Positions 11,727-24,120 of a DNA stretch of 64,000 nucleotides are shown here, one piece after another; position 1 is the first letter of the stretch, and each line of letters begins with the position of its first letter. Both the position numbers and the translations under genes were made by a program. The notes beneath the pieces were generated by a model that worked only from the letters and a program-made list of their open reading frames with translations, did no database searches and had not been told where the DNA came from. Source of the DNA: Basidiobolus meristosporus CBS 931.73 (Eukaryota; Fungi; Basidiobolomycota); contig MCFE01000283.1 of the NCBI GenBank assembly GCA_002104905.1, positions 39,449-103,448 on the forward strand. The letters run 5' to 3'.

Positions 11727-13476
11727 ACTGAGTGTGGTACTTTATAGCTTTGCAATATTTGTTGGACTGAATGAGCTTCTTTAAATGTGGTATTACTGGA
11801 AGTTATCTGGAGTCTGAACAATACTTTCCCTCAATGGTGGTTGATTCCTGACAATTTGAACATGTTGCAATGGTTGCATTTTTTGGATGTGAATGCTGTG
11901 CAACTGCTGGCACATTCTGGAATTAGGACAGTCTCTGTGTCATATGTTCCTAGCTGAATGATGGTTGTCCACTTGTACTATGTACATGATAAGTTGCATC
12001 CCAGAATGATTCTGGCAAGAAGTAGTAGTCAATTCTCAAGGCCACCATTATTGATACCAGTGAAATTGTGCCACTTCTCTAGCTACAACATTACATCATT
12101 CACCAGTAGATGGATTACTGGGCTCACTTGGCTCCATAAAGTATGCTTGGCATTTGTTTCAATGGGTGCTGCCTCATTACATATTGGGATTTGACCAGAC
12201 TCATACATGGTACTATATTTAGGGGATATATTCTTGCATTGCAACAGTGAGCCTTCATTCTCAGAGCTGTCACTCTGCATGCTATTTTCAGAAGGCTGAG
12301 GTCAGCCTAAGATGCCAGAAACTAACCTGACTCAGTTTGCGCAAGGTTACAAAGATGACCAAGGGCCAATATAGAAGTATCAACTGGCTGGCAAGATAAT
12401 GTTGGCAGAATACTGACTGATGAATGGTCAAATTTAACTTGTGTGGCAAAACACTGGCTTTGATGCCTGTAATACTTCCTATGCACTCTGCATGCTTCAT
12501 GGCTGAGAGGCTTGCTACAATAGCCACATGGTCTTTTTTCTCTTCTCTTATGGAGTTGAATCAAAGTGGTCTTGCCCATGGGGCATACAGTTTGACCCTA
12601 ACAATGTAACACTACCATATCACATTTTGGTCAATACTCATGTGAGTTTAAGACAGTCTTGTATTTGAGACATTGCACTGAATGAATGTAACATCCACAT
12701 GATGACCCACCATAGTAAGCATTATAAATAAAGTTTTGGTATCACATACCTACATATATGTAACACTATTTTCCCATTGGTTTGACCCAGTTCCATATAT
12801 ATGCTGCCAAAAAATAAAGCGAAGTTGTCTGGTTCTCAACCAAACCCTGCCTCTGACAGCAGCAGAAGAATGATTGGACAACAGCTTGCTCTGACATTCA
12901 GTTCAACAAGCAGGGCTACATCCAAAAAGGCCATGTTGACAGTGTGCCCACTGAATATAATAATGCGTACTCCTCAGGCTCTCAGTCAAGTAGGCAATTG
13001 AGAACATTGGTGGTGCTACAAGCTGTCTGCTTTGCTCAGGCCAATGAGGGTGTTGTAAATGCAGTACCTTCAGTTAAAGACCAGCAAGTGGCCATTATAA
13101 CATCACCACCCCCCATATTAGCAAGTATTTTGTCAGCACATACAAAAGCATTGATGAAGCAATTAGGTGCAGTGGCTGATAGTATATATGCAATGACCCA
13201 GAGAAGTCACAAAATAGTCCAGAAACAAGATGAGCAGATAATATGTGTGGAGCAATCAATATCCCAGGTAGAGAAAGCAATATCTTTGCTGTAAAGAAGG
13301 AACTCAAGTAGCGCAATGTCACAGCCAAGAATTGAGCCATTTCCTGGTGTAAAAGCAGAGGAACACCATACAGTCTTTGAAGCACAACAACAGTGCCCAG
13401 AGGTCAGAAGTCTAGTGTACCTTCACCTTAAGGCCAGCATACCATAGGACCATCAGAAACTCAAGGCCAGCAGAAT

Positions 13477-14421
13477 GTGATTGACTTGCTCCATGAGCAT
13501 TATCCTGGATTCAAACAGGCAAAAGGATTTTGGGCCAGCATTGGTTTGCTAAGAAAGTATCTTAAGAATAGCAGAAACTATCAAAGGCGGAAGAAAAAGG
13601 GTTGCATGGCTAAAAACCAGTGGCTTCCTCAAGAGCCTGTTAGAAGCAGGGCCAAAAGCTCCAAACAAGTGTCAAAGAGGTATCAGGTAGCTGGAAGAGT
13701 GCCAATCAGGGACAAACAGGCAGATATAGATGCACAAGCACAACATTTATCAAGGAAAAAACATAGGACCACTAAAGAAGCACTCAGTCATAGTAGCAGC
13801 AATAAAAACCAGCTGCTTTCTCAGGAGCCCATCACAACTACAGCTGGGAGCTCAAAACAAGTGGTAAAGAAATGTCAAGTTGCCAGGAGAGTGCCAGCAA
13901 GGGACAAGCAGGCTAAAACAGATGCGTTAGAGCAGAATTTATCAAGGAAGAAATGTAGTTCATTACTAGAAGCACTTGGACAAAGCAGCAGTGATAAAGG
14001 AAAAGGTAAAGGGAAAAGTGTCTACCCAAGCCTGAGACAGGGAAGCATACAAAAAATACTGCAGTTCTTGCCAATTAACACCATAAGCCTGGAACTGACT
14101 GAATCCCAGCATGGCCAAGAAGAATCACCAACAAGAAAACAGTTGTTTTTACAAGAGTTGGAAGCACAGGTAGTTGAGCTACACTCCAGCAAGGTAGATG
14201 AGTTTGCTGAAAAAGGCAACTTTTCTACCACAGCCTCCACATCCTCCATTGCTGACAGAGTGGAGATCCCACTGATAGACAAGGCAACAATGTCAAGAAC
14301 TCAAAAGCCTATCATAATGCCTTTGGTCAAACTTTTGAACATTAATAGGTACACCAAGAGGTTGCAGAACTTCTTCACAAGCAGTGCTCAAGAAAACCCA
14401 CTTAAATATTGCAAGGATTAA
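13477..14421 (+). pseudogene. Lys/Ser/Gln-rich ORF remnant associated with the CACTA-like relic
   Basis: 314-aa open frame, CpG-free. Homologous to 6400-6500 and to 15100-15881. The frame continues past stops to ~14580. Confidence 0.45.
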
Positions 14422-15099
14422 TTGCAATGGCTGGCAGATGAGGTGCTAGACCTTGCAGTGCTGGTTAAATACCAGGATGTATGGGATCCAGTGAAGGAAC
14501 AGTGGCATAAAGCTGTTGGGTTCCTGCAGGAGTCATGGAAACAGAGTGTTACAGCAGAAACACTTATGAGTGGTGGATCTTAATGGTGTTACTTGCTGAG
14601 TGTGAGGTTGGGCTAAATGTTAGTGTAGGGTACAGGGACTTGAATAGGTCACTACAATTGGTGATTGAGGTACTACTGAAGTTTCATCAGAAATAAATCA
14701 ATTTGTATGCATAAAAAGTAAGAGAAACAGTTGAGTCAGGAAGTAAGGAGCATGAAAAAGAGGCAATAACCAATCAGTGTACACAAATGCAGGAGGTGAT
14801 TAAATATCAAGGATCAGAAAGTGAGAAAATTGGCAGGGAACCAATCAAAAGCCACTAATATAATGTTGGGATGAAAAATTTTGACCAAGTTTTTTGTGAA
14901 ATCTGGGGTGCAATTATTTTTCAACGGTCTCTGCATGGTGTCCTTACAGGATCAGTACCTCTTAGTCACAAGACTTTCAATATGTGATGGCCTTTTGACA
15001 GGATCATCACAGTAATTTTTCATTGGGTTATTAAGGAAAAAATGTAGTTCAATACAAGAAACACCTTGTCAAAGTAGCAGACAAGGGCCTGATGGTGAC

Positions 15100-15900
15100 A
15101 AAAACCTGTAGCTTCCTTGGGAGCCTATTACAAGCATAGCTGACAGCTTGAAACAAGTGGCAAAGAAATGTCAGGCTACCATGAGAGTGCCAGCAAGAGT
15201 CAAGCAGGCAATAATAGATGTACTAGTGCAGGAATCATCTAGAAGAAAACATAGCACAACAGAAGAAGCTCTTGTCCAATTATTGGTGAAGACTTTGGGG
15301 TGACAAATGTACAGGTAAATAGAGAAAAGCCTACCCATGTCAGAGACAGGGAAGCATAAGAGAAAAGCTGCAGTGCTTGCCAATTAACACATTGGCCCAC
15401 AACAGGCTGAATCCCATAATAGCCAAGCACTACCAACAAGACAACAGCTGTTTTCTCAGTAAGGAAAGTACAGCCAGTTGCTCTATACTCCAGTGAGGTA
15501 GATGAGCTTGCAGAGAAAGGCATTTTAAAAACCACTGTGTCCACATCCTCAATTGCAGATGGAGTGGAGATCCTACTGACTAACAAAGCAACAATGTCAC
15601 AAACTCAAAACAATATCATAATGCCTACAGAGGAATTTTGGAGCATTAATAGGCACACTGAGAGGTTGCAGCACTTCTTTAGGAGCAGTGCTCTAGAAAA
15701 TGCACTTGAATATTGCAAGGAATCATTGCAAAGCCTGACAGATAATGTACCAGACTTTGCAGTACTGGATGAAGACCATGACATATGGAACCAAGTGAAA
15801 GAACTATGGCATAAAGCCATAGGGTTCCAGCTACAGTTGTTAAAAAAGGGCATTACAGCAAAAATACTTATTGAATGGTGAATATTAATGAAGCAACCTG
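15100..15900 (+). repeat. Degenerate partial duplicate of ~13830-14600
   Basis: TSSIADGVEILLTNKATMSQTQ...ENALEYCKE (15537-15881) versus TSSIADRVEIPLIDKATMSRTQ...ENPLKYCKD (14240-14421). Confidence 0.7.
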
Positions 15901-16341
15901 TTGAGTGAGGGGTTGGCCTTAATGTTAGTGTTGTGTTTGGGGACTTGTTTAATGAGCTGAAAAATATGAAGCACAGATGTTAAAGTAGGGAAACCTATTC
16001 AGCTGATTTTGATAATCCAAGTGGCCTCAGTATCTTACTAATCAGTCTTATGAGGTAACATTGAGCTGGATGCAATAAGCAACTTATTTCCATTAGGACA
16101 ACTTAACCAAAGTAAGCTAGATATCTCCCAGGTACAAGTCAATTTCTTTGCCTTTCAATATAGATTTCAGACTAAGAGAATAGCAGAGCACAAATAAGTG
16201 TGGCAATAATCCAGTGGGGTGCAGGAATATATTGTCAAAGCACTAAAAGGTTCTTAGCATAGACTCATGAGGTTTTCATTACCTTGGTGGCAGCAACCAA
16301 GCTTATGATTGTGAGATGTGTATGTTTCCAGCAACACAAGG

Positions 16342-16873
16342 TGTCATGAGTAGACACAAGGCAGGAGAGTAGAGCTAGGCAAGGCAGGACCAGGAAAGGA
16401 CTAGGTGTGGATCAACAAGGCAAGATGTGTTTCCAAGGCAAGGTGGATTTTCAAGGCAAGGCTGTTTATTGAAGACCTGTGTTTATCAGACTGAGGAATA
16501 CATAAGGGGGGATAGGACTATATATACTTTTTGGCAATATGGATGCCAAGAGATATTGGCTAATACTGATTGGGTTCTGGGATGAGGCACAGTAAGTGTG
16601 CCAAGATAGAATATACTAAAGAACAGACTGGAATATCACACAGAGATATGTCAGAGGTCAGCTGATCATGTGACATGTAGTTACCTTATGTGGCATGGGA
16701 CTACATAAATTCTAACAGGAAGCTTCCATAGAATGTTCCATTGTGTAATGTTGACTTGGAGCTTTCAAGAAGTTGCCAGAATGTAGAAGAACTTTCTAGA
16801 AGGAACTTGGATTTCTTCACTAACTTGGTTTGGCTAGATAACTGGAGACCAGGGATGTCATATGATCATGACA
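16342..16873 (-). repeat. 3' LTR of the chromovirus (532 bp)
   Basis: Aligns to 21418-21965. Preceded on the minus strand by the PPT. Confidence 0.9.
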
Positions 16874-16888
16874 CTATTCTCCTCTTTT
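16874..16888 (-). other. Polypurine tract AAAAGAGGAGAATAG
   Basis: Purine run directly abutting the TGTCA start of the 3' LTR on the minus strand. Its TAG is also the end of the chromodomain frame. Confidence 0.8.
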
Positions 16889-19800
16889 GAGGGGCACTCC
16901 TAAAGCTTTTGGCTTTGGCTTTTTAGGGGATATCTGGTGGAATAGGGCAACTAGATCTTGGCAGTATGTTAGGTTTGCTGCTGGTTCCCAAGTTTGATCA
17001 TTTGGGCTGTAACCAACCCAATCTACCAGATAGTGAAGTTAGGATCTTATGTACTTTCAATACAACACTTGCTGAGCTTCAAACTCTTAGTGTTTGTCCA
17101 CTTGGATGGCTGGGGGACTTGCTGGGTGCTGGTTGGGTAGAGTACTTTTGTTGAATGGTTTTAGGAGGGATACATGGAATGTGCCATGAATTTTCATACT
17201 TGGTGGCAACTGTAGTTGGTATACAATTGGACTAAGTTTCTTCTTGAGCTTGAATGGACCTAGTCTCTTGTAGTCTAATTTGTCATAAGGGTGGCTGGTT
17301 GTAATATTTCTTCTCAAGAGCCATACTAAATCTCCTTCATTAAGCTTGGGGCTAGGCCGCCGTTTGTTGTCTGCAAACTTCTTGTACCCCTCATGTGCTA
17401 AGGATAGTTCTTTCTTGAGTGTTTCTTGGATTTCTAGAATTGTTGATGCATGTTCAGCTGCTGGGGGGCTCATAGTGTTTGTTGGGATCTGAATATCAAA
17501 TATGCAGACAAAAACCATCATTTGCATAGAATGTAGTGAGACCTGTTGCACCATGACATGAGTTGTTGTAGGCAAACTCTGCAAGTGGTAGCAGTTGGGT
17601 CTAGTTGTCCTGCTGATAGTTAATAGAGCACCAGAGGTAATGCTCAGGGATCTGGTTAATTCTCTCAGTCTGGCCATCTGACTGTGGATGCAAGCAGTTG
17701 AGAGCTTGACTTGCACACCAAGATATTGGATGAAGTGTTTCCAGAATTTTGATGTGAACTGGGGTCCTCTATGTGATACAATGTCATTGGGGATATCATG
17801 GAGCCTGAAAATGTTCTTGATCACTAAGTGGGTAGTCTCCTTTGCATCTATGTTCTTTGAGCAGGGAATGAAGTGAGCCATCTTGGTGAGCCAATCTGCC
17901 ACTACTAGGATTAAATTGAATTGGTTAGATTCTGGGAGGTCAGTGATGAAGTCCATTGAAAGTGATTTCCATTGCTGGTCAGGGATTGGCAAGGGTTGGA
18001 GAAGCCCATATGGCTGGTGTCTAGCAGATTTTACACAGTTACATGTATCACAGGATTGGAGGTACTCCTTGACAAGAGATATCATCTTGGGTCACCAGAA
18101 GTCCCTCTTGATTGCATTCAGGGTTTTGGCAGTACCAAAATGTCCTGCAGCCATTGAATCATTGCAAGAATGGATGATATCCAACTGGGTATCAAGGTCT
18201 GGAACAAACAGTTGGTACTTGTGGTAGATGATGTCATTGACTAGATGTAGGTGCTTGTCTCAGGTTGAGTACTTTTGGGATGGTAAAGTACTCAAGGTTC
18301 TTTTGGTCACAGAAGATCTTTACTTTTAGGCTTCACCATCAAGGTATTGTCTCCATTGTTCAAAGGCAACAATGATTGCAAGTAGTTCCTTATCATAGAT
18401 ATCATAGTCTACTTCAGCTGGAGTAAATTTCCAGGAGTAGAATGCAATAGGGTGTAGTACATTCTTGTCATTGTACGGAGAAAGGACTGCACCAAATGCA
18501 AAGTCAGAGGCATCAGTTTCTATGATGAAAGGTTTCTCAGGGTCAGGGTAAGCAAGCTGGGGAGCATACAGGAAGGATTTCTTGATGGAATTAAAGGACT
18601 TGGACTGTTCCTCATTCCAGGCAAAAGGCAGATTCTTCTGGGTGAGCTTTGTCAAGGGAGTTGCTATCTTGGAGTAGTTGGCTATAAATCTACAATAGAA
18701 TTTGGCAAATCCAAGGAAGGACTGCACTTCTTTTACAGAACAGGGAGTTTTCCATGACTGGATGGCTTCTACTTTCATGGGGTCCATTTGTGTTCCATTT
18801 GAGCTGATAAGATAACCTAAGCACTCAACTTCTTTCTGGTCAAACTCACATTTCTCCAGTCTGGCATAGTGGCCAGCAGTGTCAAGTTTGGTTAAGACTC
18901 TCTTGACATGGGAATTATGTTCTTCTTGGGTCTTAGAGTAGATCAAGATGTCATCAAGGTAGATAACCACAAATTGGCCAAGGCATTCACAGAATATGTC
19001 ATTCATCAGGTGTTGAAAGATAGCTGGGGCATTGGTGAGACTAAATGGCATAACTGTATACTCAAAATGACCATATCTTGTTCTGAATGCAGTTTTCCAT
19101 TCATCACCAGGCTTGATCCTGACAAGGTTATATGCTCCTCTGAGGTCAATCTTAGTAAATACTTTGGCAGCAGACAGTTGATCCAACAGGGTGTTGATCA
19201 GGGGCAATGGATACTGGTTCTTGATTGTGGTCTTATTCAGTGCACAGTAGTCTACACACACTCTTAGGGTACCATCCTTTTTTTTGACAAAGAGGATTGG
19301 GGCACCAGCTGGGGACTTAGAGTGCTGAATAAAACCTTTCTGGAGGTTTTCTTGAGTATAGGCATGGAGTTCTTTCAACTTGGGTTGCAAGAGGTTGTAA
19401 ATAGGACCAAAAGGTGGGGCTTTTCCTTCTTCAAGGTCAATGGGACAATCATAGGGTCCATGAGCTGGGAGTAGCTTGGCTTTCTTCTTGTCAAAGACAT
19501 GGGCAAACTCTTGATACTTGGCAGATATTCCATTGAAGGGGGTTCCCTCAGTGATAATGGGCTCCTGGGTCTGGGGTAGCTTAGGAAAAGATACTTCTTT
19601 ACCTGAAAAATCAGGTTGTTTCATAAAGTTGACATGGTGGATTCTGGGGAATGTCAGGATTTTGGTCTTCCAGGTGATAGCTAGGTCATGGTGACTAAGC
19701 CATGAGCTTCCAAGGACTACGGAGTAGTGGGGAGAGTTGATGATGTTGAAGGCTAGTGTCTTGTGGTGACCAGTACTGGACAACTGGAGTAGACATGTCT

Positions 19801-20071
19801 CATGGGTTACAGCACCAGAAGAGTGGGACCTTCCATCAATAACTTCTACTTGGACAGGACAGGATTTCAGGACAGTGGGGATTTGGTGCCTCTGGACAAA
19901 TAACTGGTCAATGAAACAGGAGGAGGCACCAAAATCTATGAGGGCAAGTATGCAGACAGGGCTGGATTCAGGGAGGTGGATGTTGACAGGCATTCTTAAG
20001 GACTGGATGGACTTGTTAGCGTATGATGTTTCTTGAATGTGCTGGATCTTCAATGGAGGGTCCAGTTGCAA
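16874..20071 (-). pseudogene. pol: pol polyprotein: aspartic protease, reverse transcriptase, RNase H, integrase, chromodomain
   Basis: ALIDFGAS (PR; the canonical DSG/DTG is altered), YLDDILIYS (RT), ETDASDFA and DKELLAII (RH), HDSMAAGHFG and LSMDFITDLP (IN), and EFEAQQVL..LHYLVDWVGYSPNDQTWEPAANL (chromodomain, 16930-17085). Several stops and frameshifts. Confidence 0.95.
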
Positions 20072-20139
20072 GCCTGTCAGTGTGACTGGACATTGGAGTT
20101 TCTCAATAATTCAGGAGAAGATTGCTCACAGGATGATTA

Positions 20140-21001
20140 CAGGAGCTTGAAGCTGGACTTCCTGTTAGGACAAGACTTGGCAAAGTGGCCTGGCTAACCA
20201 CAGTAAAGGCAGAGGTTTGCCTGTTGACATCTAGATCTTTCTTCTTTTGTGAGTTTCTTATATTTAGCACTGTCAATTTGCATAGGATCATCAGGCTTAG
20301 TGTTGGGTGACTGGATTACTAGGAAGAAGGTTGGCCAGAATTTCTGTTTCTTCTGGAAAAGACAATTGTCACATTGGATTGCTTGATGAATAGCTTCACC
20401 CAAAGTAGTTGGGCCAGGGAGAGTGAGAAGTAGGTCACTGACTTCATCACTGAGCCCATCTTGAAATGATCTAATTAGGGCAGTGTCACCCCAAAGGCTC
20501 AAATCACTGGCTGGTAGCCAGAATTCAGAAGCATACACAGATGCAGGTCTGTTTCCTTGCTTCAGGCTCTTGATCTTGTTGGCAGAAGTTCTGGCTTGGT
20601 CAGTGTTGCTAAATGTTAGCTCCATTTCTGTGAGGATGGCATGGTACTTGCTGAGTAGAGGGGAGTTGGTTTCCACCAAAGGGGAGAACCATTTGTGGGC
20701 AGTTCCAGTAAGCAGGTTAGAGATATAATCAACTTTTGCTTGATCTGTTGGGAACCAATTGGGTTGTAGTGACAAGTGGTGTTACACTATTTTGATTAAA
20801 CCTTGGAATTCATTCTGGGAGCCACCAAACCTGGTAGTTGAAGTGATCTTGGGATCATGGTAGGAGGGAGCCTGGATAGGCTGTTGAGCATTTTGGCTCT
20901 GGAGCTGAGCAACAGAGTTCTGAGGTCTGCATTGTCTTGTGGCAGCTGGGCAAAGGCAGCCATGAGACTTGCAAAGTTATACTCTGGACTGGATATGTCA
21001 T
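20140..21001 (-). pseudogene. gag: gag with CCHC zinc knuckle
   Basis: Retrotransposon gag core (KVDYISNLLTGTAHKW...LKQGNRPASVYASEF), PMQID motif and CLYCG*PGHFAKSC knuckle containing a TAG. Frameshifted N-terminus from ATG 21001. Confidence 0.9.
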
Positions 21002-21417
21002 AGTAGCAGGGGGCAGAGAAGTCTCTTGGACTTGTTCAGGAATACTGGATATTGCTAGCTAATTTGTGGGTTATAAAGCCACTTAGTTTGTCAAGAATAC
21101 AATTATTGAGCCACAATCCCCAACTTTGAATAAGTTAGTGTCACTTCAGAAGGTACTGGCTTTAATGATCCTTTGATAGAGTATTGTACTAAAGCTTGCA
21201 ATAATGTAACAACTGTAAACTACACCAGCAGGGTAATAAAGTGAATGCAGCTTTGGCCAATAATCTTACAAAGATAAAGTATCTTTGCCTTTAGAGGACA
21301 AGACTAGGGAAAAATCCAGGGTGATACCCATGGTAGGTATTCCTTTACAAGTTCTTCTTAAGAACTTTAGGTAGAAGGCAGAGTTCCACAGGTAAGTCAG
21401 GAGCAGTCTGATAAAAC

Positions 21418-21965
21418 TGTTATGAATAGACACAAGGCAGGAGAGTAGAGCTAGGCAAGGCAGGACTAGGAAAGGACTTAGGTGTGGATCAACAAGGCAA
21501 GACATGTTTCCTAGGCAAGGTGAATTTCCAAGACAAGTCTGTTTATTCAAGACCTGTGTTTATCAGACTGAGGAATACATAAGGGGGTATAGAACTATAT
21601 ATACTTTTTGGCAATATGGATGCCAAGAGATATTGGCTAATACTGATGGGGTTCTGAGGATGAGGCACAGTAAGTGTGCCAAGATAGAACATACTAAAAG
21701 AACAGACTTGAATATCACATGGAGATATGTCAGGGGTCAACTGATCATGTTACTTGGTCATGTGACATGTAGCTACAATATATGGCATGGGACTACATAA
21801 ACTCTAATGGGAAGCTTCCATAGAATGTTCCATTGTGTAATGTTGACTTGGAGCTTTCAAGAAGTTGCTAGAATGTAGTAGAACTTTCTAGAAGGAACTG
21901 GGATTTCTTCACTGACTTGATTTGGCTAGATAATAGGAGACCAGGGATGTCATGTGATTGCAACA
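21418..21965 (-). repeat. 5' LTR of the chromovirus (548 bp)
   Basis: Aligns to 16342-16873. Followed by the TSD CAAGG. Confidence 0.9.
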
Positions 21966-24120
21966 CAAGGCATATGGTAGCTTTGCAGATTATATACTGA
22001 AAAGCTATACAGAGGAGAGAGGAGTATGCCAGTTACAGCAGGTATGCATGTATGTAGAGGTTGGTTATCAGTGGCCATGGCTTTCTCTTGTTGAAACTAG
22101 ATGTGGAATACCAATGGTAATAGTTGCTGAGCTAGTAAAAGGCTTAATTGAACAGTGAAATATACAAATAGCACAAGGGGAGGTGGAATAATAAAATAGC
22201 ATTTGGCTAATTGGTACAGTAGCACTATATATGACCAGCAGTTGGCTGCTATGCTTGCATGCTAAGCATGACAGAGGTCTGTACACTGGCTGCCAAAACA
22301 ATGTCAGACTTTTTGCTGCTTAAAGCTGATAAAATATGCTGAACAGCTGTCAAGATTACTGGCATCCTTACTGCTGTATTGGTCAGTGCAGACAGCACCA
22401 CACTGTTACAACCCCACCTTAACATTGTACAGAGGGCAAAGCTTTCTAAACTGTTAGCATAGTTTTGACCTCATTGTGGGATCATGGCAAGGCAGCATTG
22501 GTGCTTAGTGCAATAGCATCAAGATTAGATGGTGCCAATGGCCAATGTTCCCAGTAGGTATAATCAAGTAGCAGTGATTGAAATGTTGTGTTGGTAACAG
22601 CATCTGAGAAATGCAGTACCTCAACTTGAGCTTCTACTTGGCCTAGACAGGGTGTAAAAGTGACAGGAAAAAGTTCTTTCTGAGCAAAAGTTAGAACAAG
22701 GACACAATATACAGCACCATTATAGATGAGATCTGCATGTTTAACTAGACTAGGGTTAGGGACTTGTGTTGTGACCAGTGTTCTCAAGAACTATTTAAGT
22801 CTTTCTGCATAACAGGTTTCTTGGATAAGGTGAAATCTAGTGTAGTTTAGTTGCACATCTATTATTGATGTCAGATATCTCAGCATTACAACAGACCTGG
22901 ACTGGGAAGGCTGCTGGATGATTACATTGGCTCAAAGCTAGACCCCATCCCCATGCCTAGTGCTTCAGAGCAGCCTGGTCTGCAGCAATACAGTTAGAAG
23001 CAGGTTGGTGGCTGTTGGCTCTTCTCACTATTCATTAATGTCTTTTACTTGGCACAGTCTATGAATATACCTTCTAACTCAGTCCATACAAAAGATACAC
23101 AGAGATGGCATAATATGATGCAGATTCAGTAACAGTGTTTAATTGGATTGTACCTCACTACCAAATACTTAAGCTTCCATATATCTCTGTTTTTGCCTGT
23201 TCACTGTTTGCTGACTTATGCAAGTATGCTTATCAAGTCAATGCTTGCAGGTGCTGGAGCAAAACATTAAGAACAACAAATGCTAATAGCCTGAAGAAAT
23301 ATACCACAGGTTTGATAAGAGGTGGATACACTGTAATCCAAGGGCCACAGTGCTGAAGAATAGCAGCCATACATCTTTAGTCCTGATTGCACTGTCAACA
23401 TTGACTGCAAATCTCCCAATTGCAAGCACAGCATCCATCCTGAGTGCCATATGCAAAAAAAGTAAAATGCATATGTAATAATGTGGATGATGACTTCTCA
23501 GTAGTGTAGCAATGTAAATAGTATTGAGTATTTGCTCCTATATATGCAGTATTGCACACCAATGGGCAAGTGCTTATTAGCCAGGCCACTCACCCATGCA
23601 ATAGTTGCATTACATAAAGAGAAAGAGCTGTGTATCACTTGGTCAATAGTTTTTGCATCTTGCTGCTAGCTCATTAGTAACTAAGGGTTACAATGATATT
23701 GATGCAACAAAACATTAGGAAACCCATCTTTCTGTATACTAATGAGCTTGCTTGGTGCAGTATTATCTCACTATAATTAAGTTGTGTTGTAGTTTGTTAT
23801 ATGTAGTTGTGAACTAAGAGAATGAGAATGGCTCACATAAAAAATTTGCTTAATCAAATTGATCAACTATTGGCTGTTATTTTGTAGAAACTGGCCCATT
23901 ATACCGGCACCTTAATTGCACATATGAAATCCTGACTGAAACCAGGATAATATAGATCACGTTGTTTAATTAACCGTGGGTGCTGTATTTCACATTGTAT
24001 AGTAGCCATAAGCGATATTTGTTGTCTGTCCAAAAAAGGAATGGGCCATTGTGAGTGCGGTGGGAGTGCGGCAAGATATATACATGTACTTGCCTGGTAT
24101 GATATACAACCGTTGATACA

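Larger units (their letters stand above)
7284..14600 (-). mobile_element. Degenerate CACTA/EnSpm-like transposon relic 2, interrupted by PHIS copy 2; limits approximate
   Basis: Transposase fragments at 7284-8500 (-). Collinear with relic 1. Divergent + strand ORF remnants at 12944-13294 and 13477-14421. Confidence 0.6.
16342..21965 (-). mobile_element. Full-length, decayed Ty3/Gypsy chromovirus LTR retrotransposon
   Basis: Paired LTRs with TG...CA ends. 5-bp TSD CAAGG (16337-16341 and 21966-21970). Domain order gag-PR-RT-RH-IN-chromodomain on the minus strand. Confidence 0.95.

Noticed and set aside
16331-16341. Apparent 11-bp TSD (GCAACACAAGG) for the chromovirus
   Set aside because: The GCAACA part on the right is the CpG-decayed LTR terminus, which aligns to ATGACA of the left LTR. 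The real TSD is the 5-bp CAAGG.
16874-21001. RIP-like CpA>TpA mutation suggested by many TAA/TAG stops in gag-pol
   Set aside because: Stops can only arise from a few codons, so this is ascertainment bias. The LTR differences I could inspect are explained by CpG decay. A full context count would be needed.
21971-23850. Short ORFs in 22-23.8 kb as a Helitron or other gene
   Set aside because: CpG-free degenerate sequence with no motif I can assign. Probably old TE debris, left unannotated.
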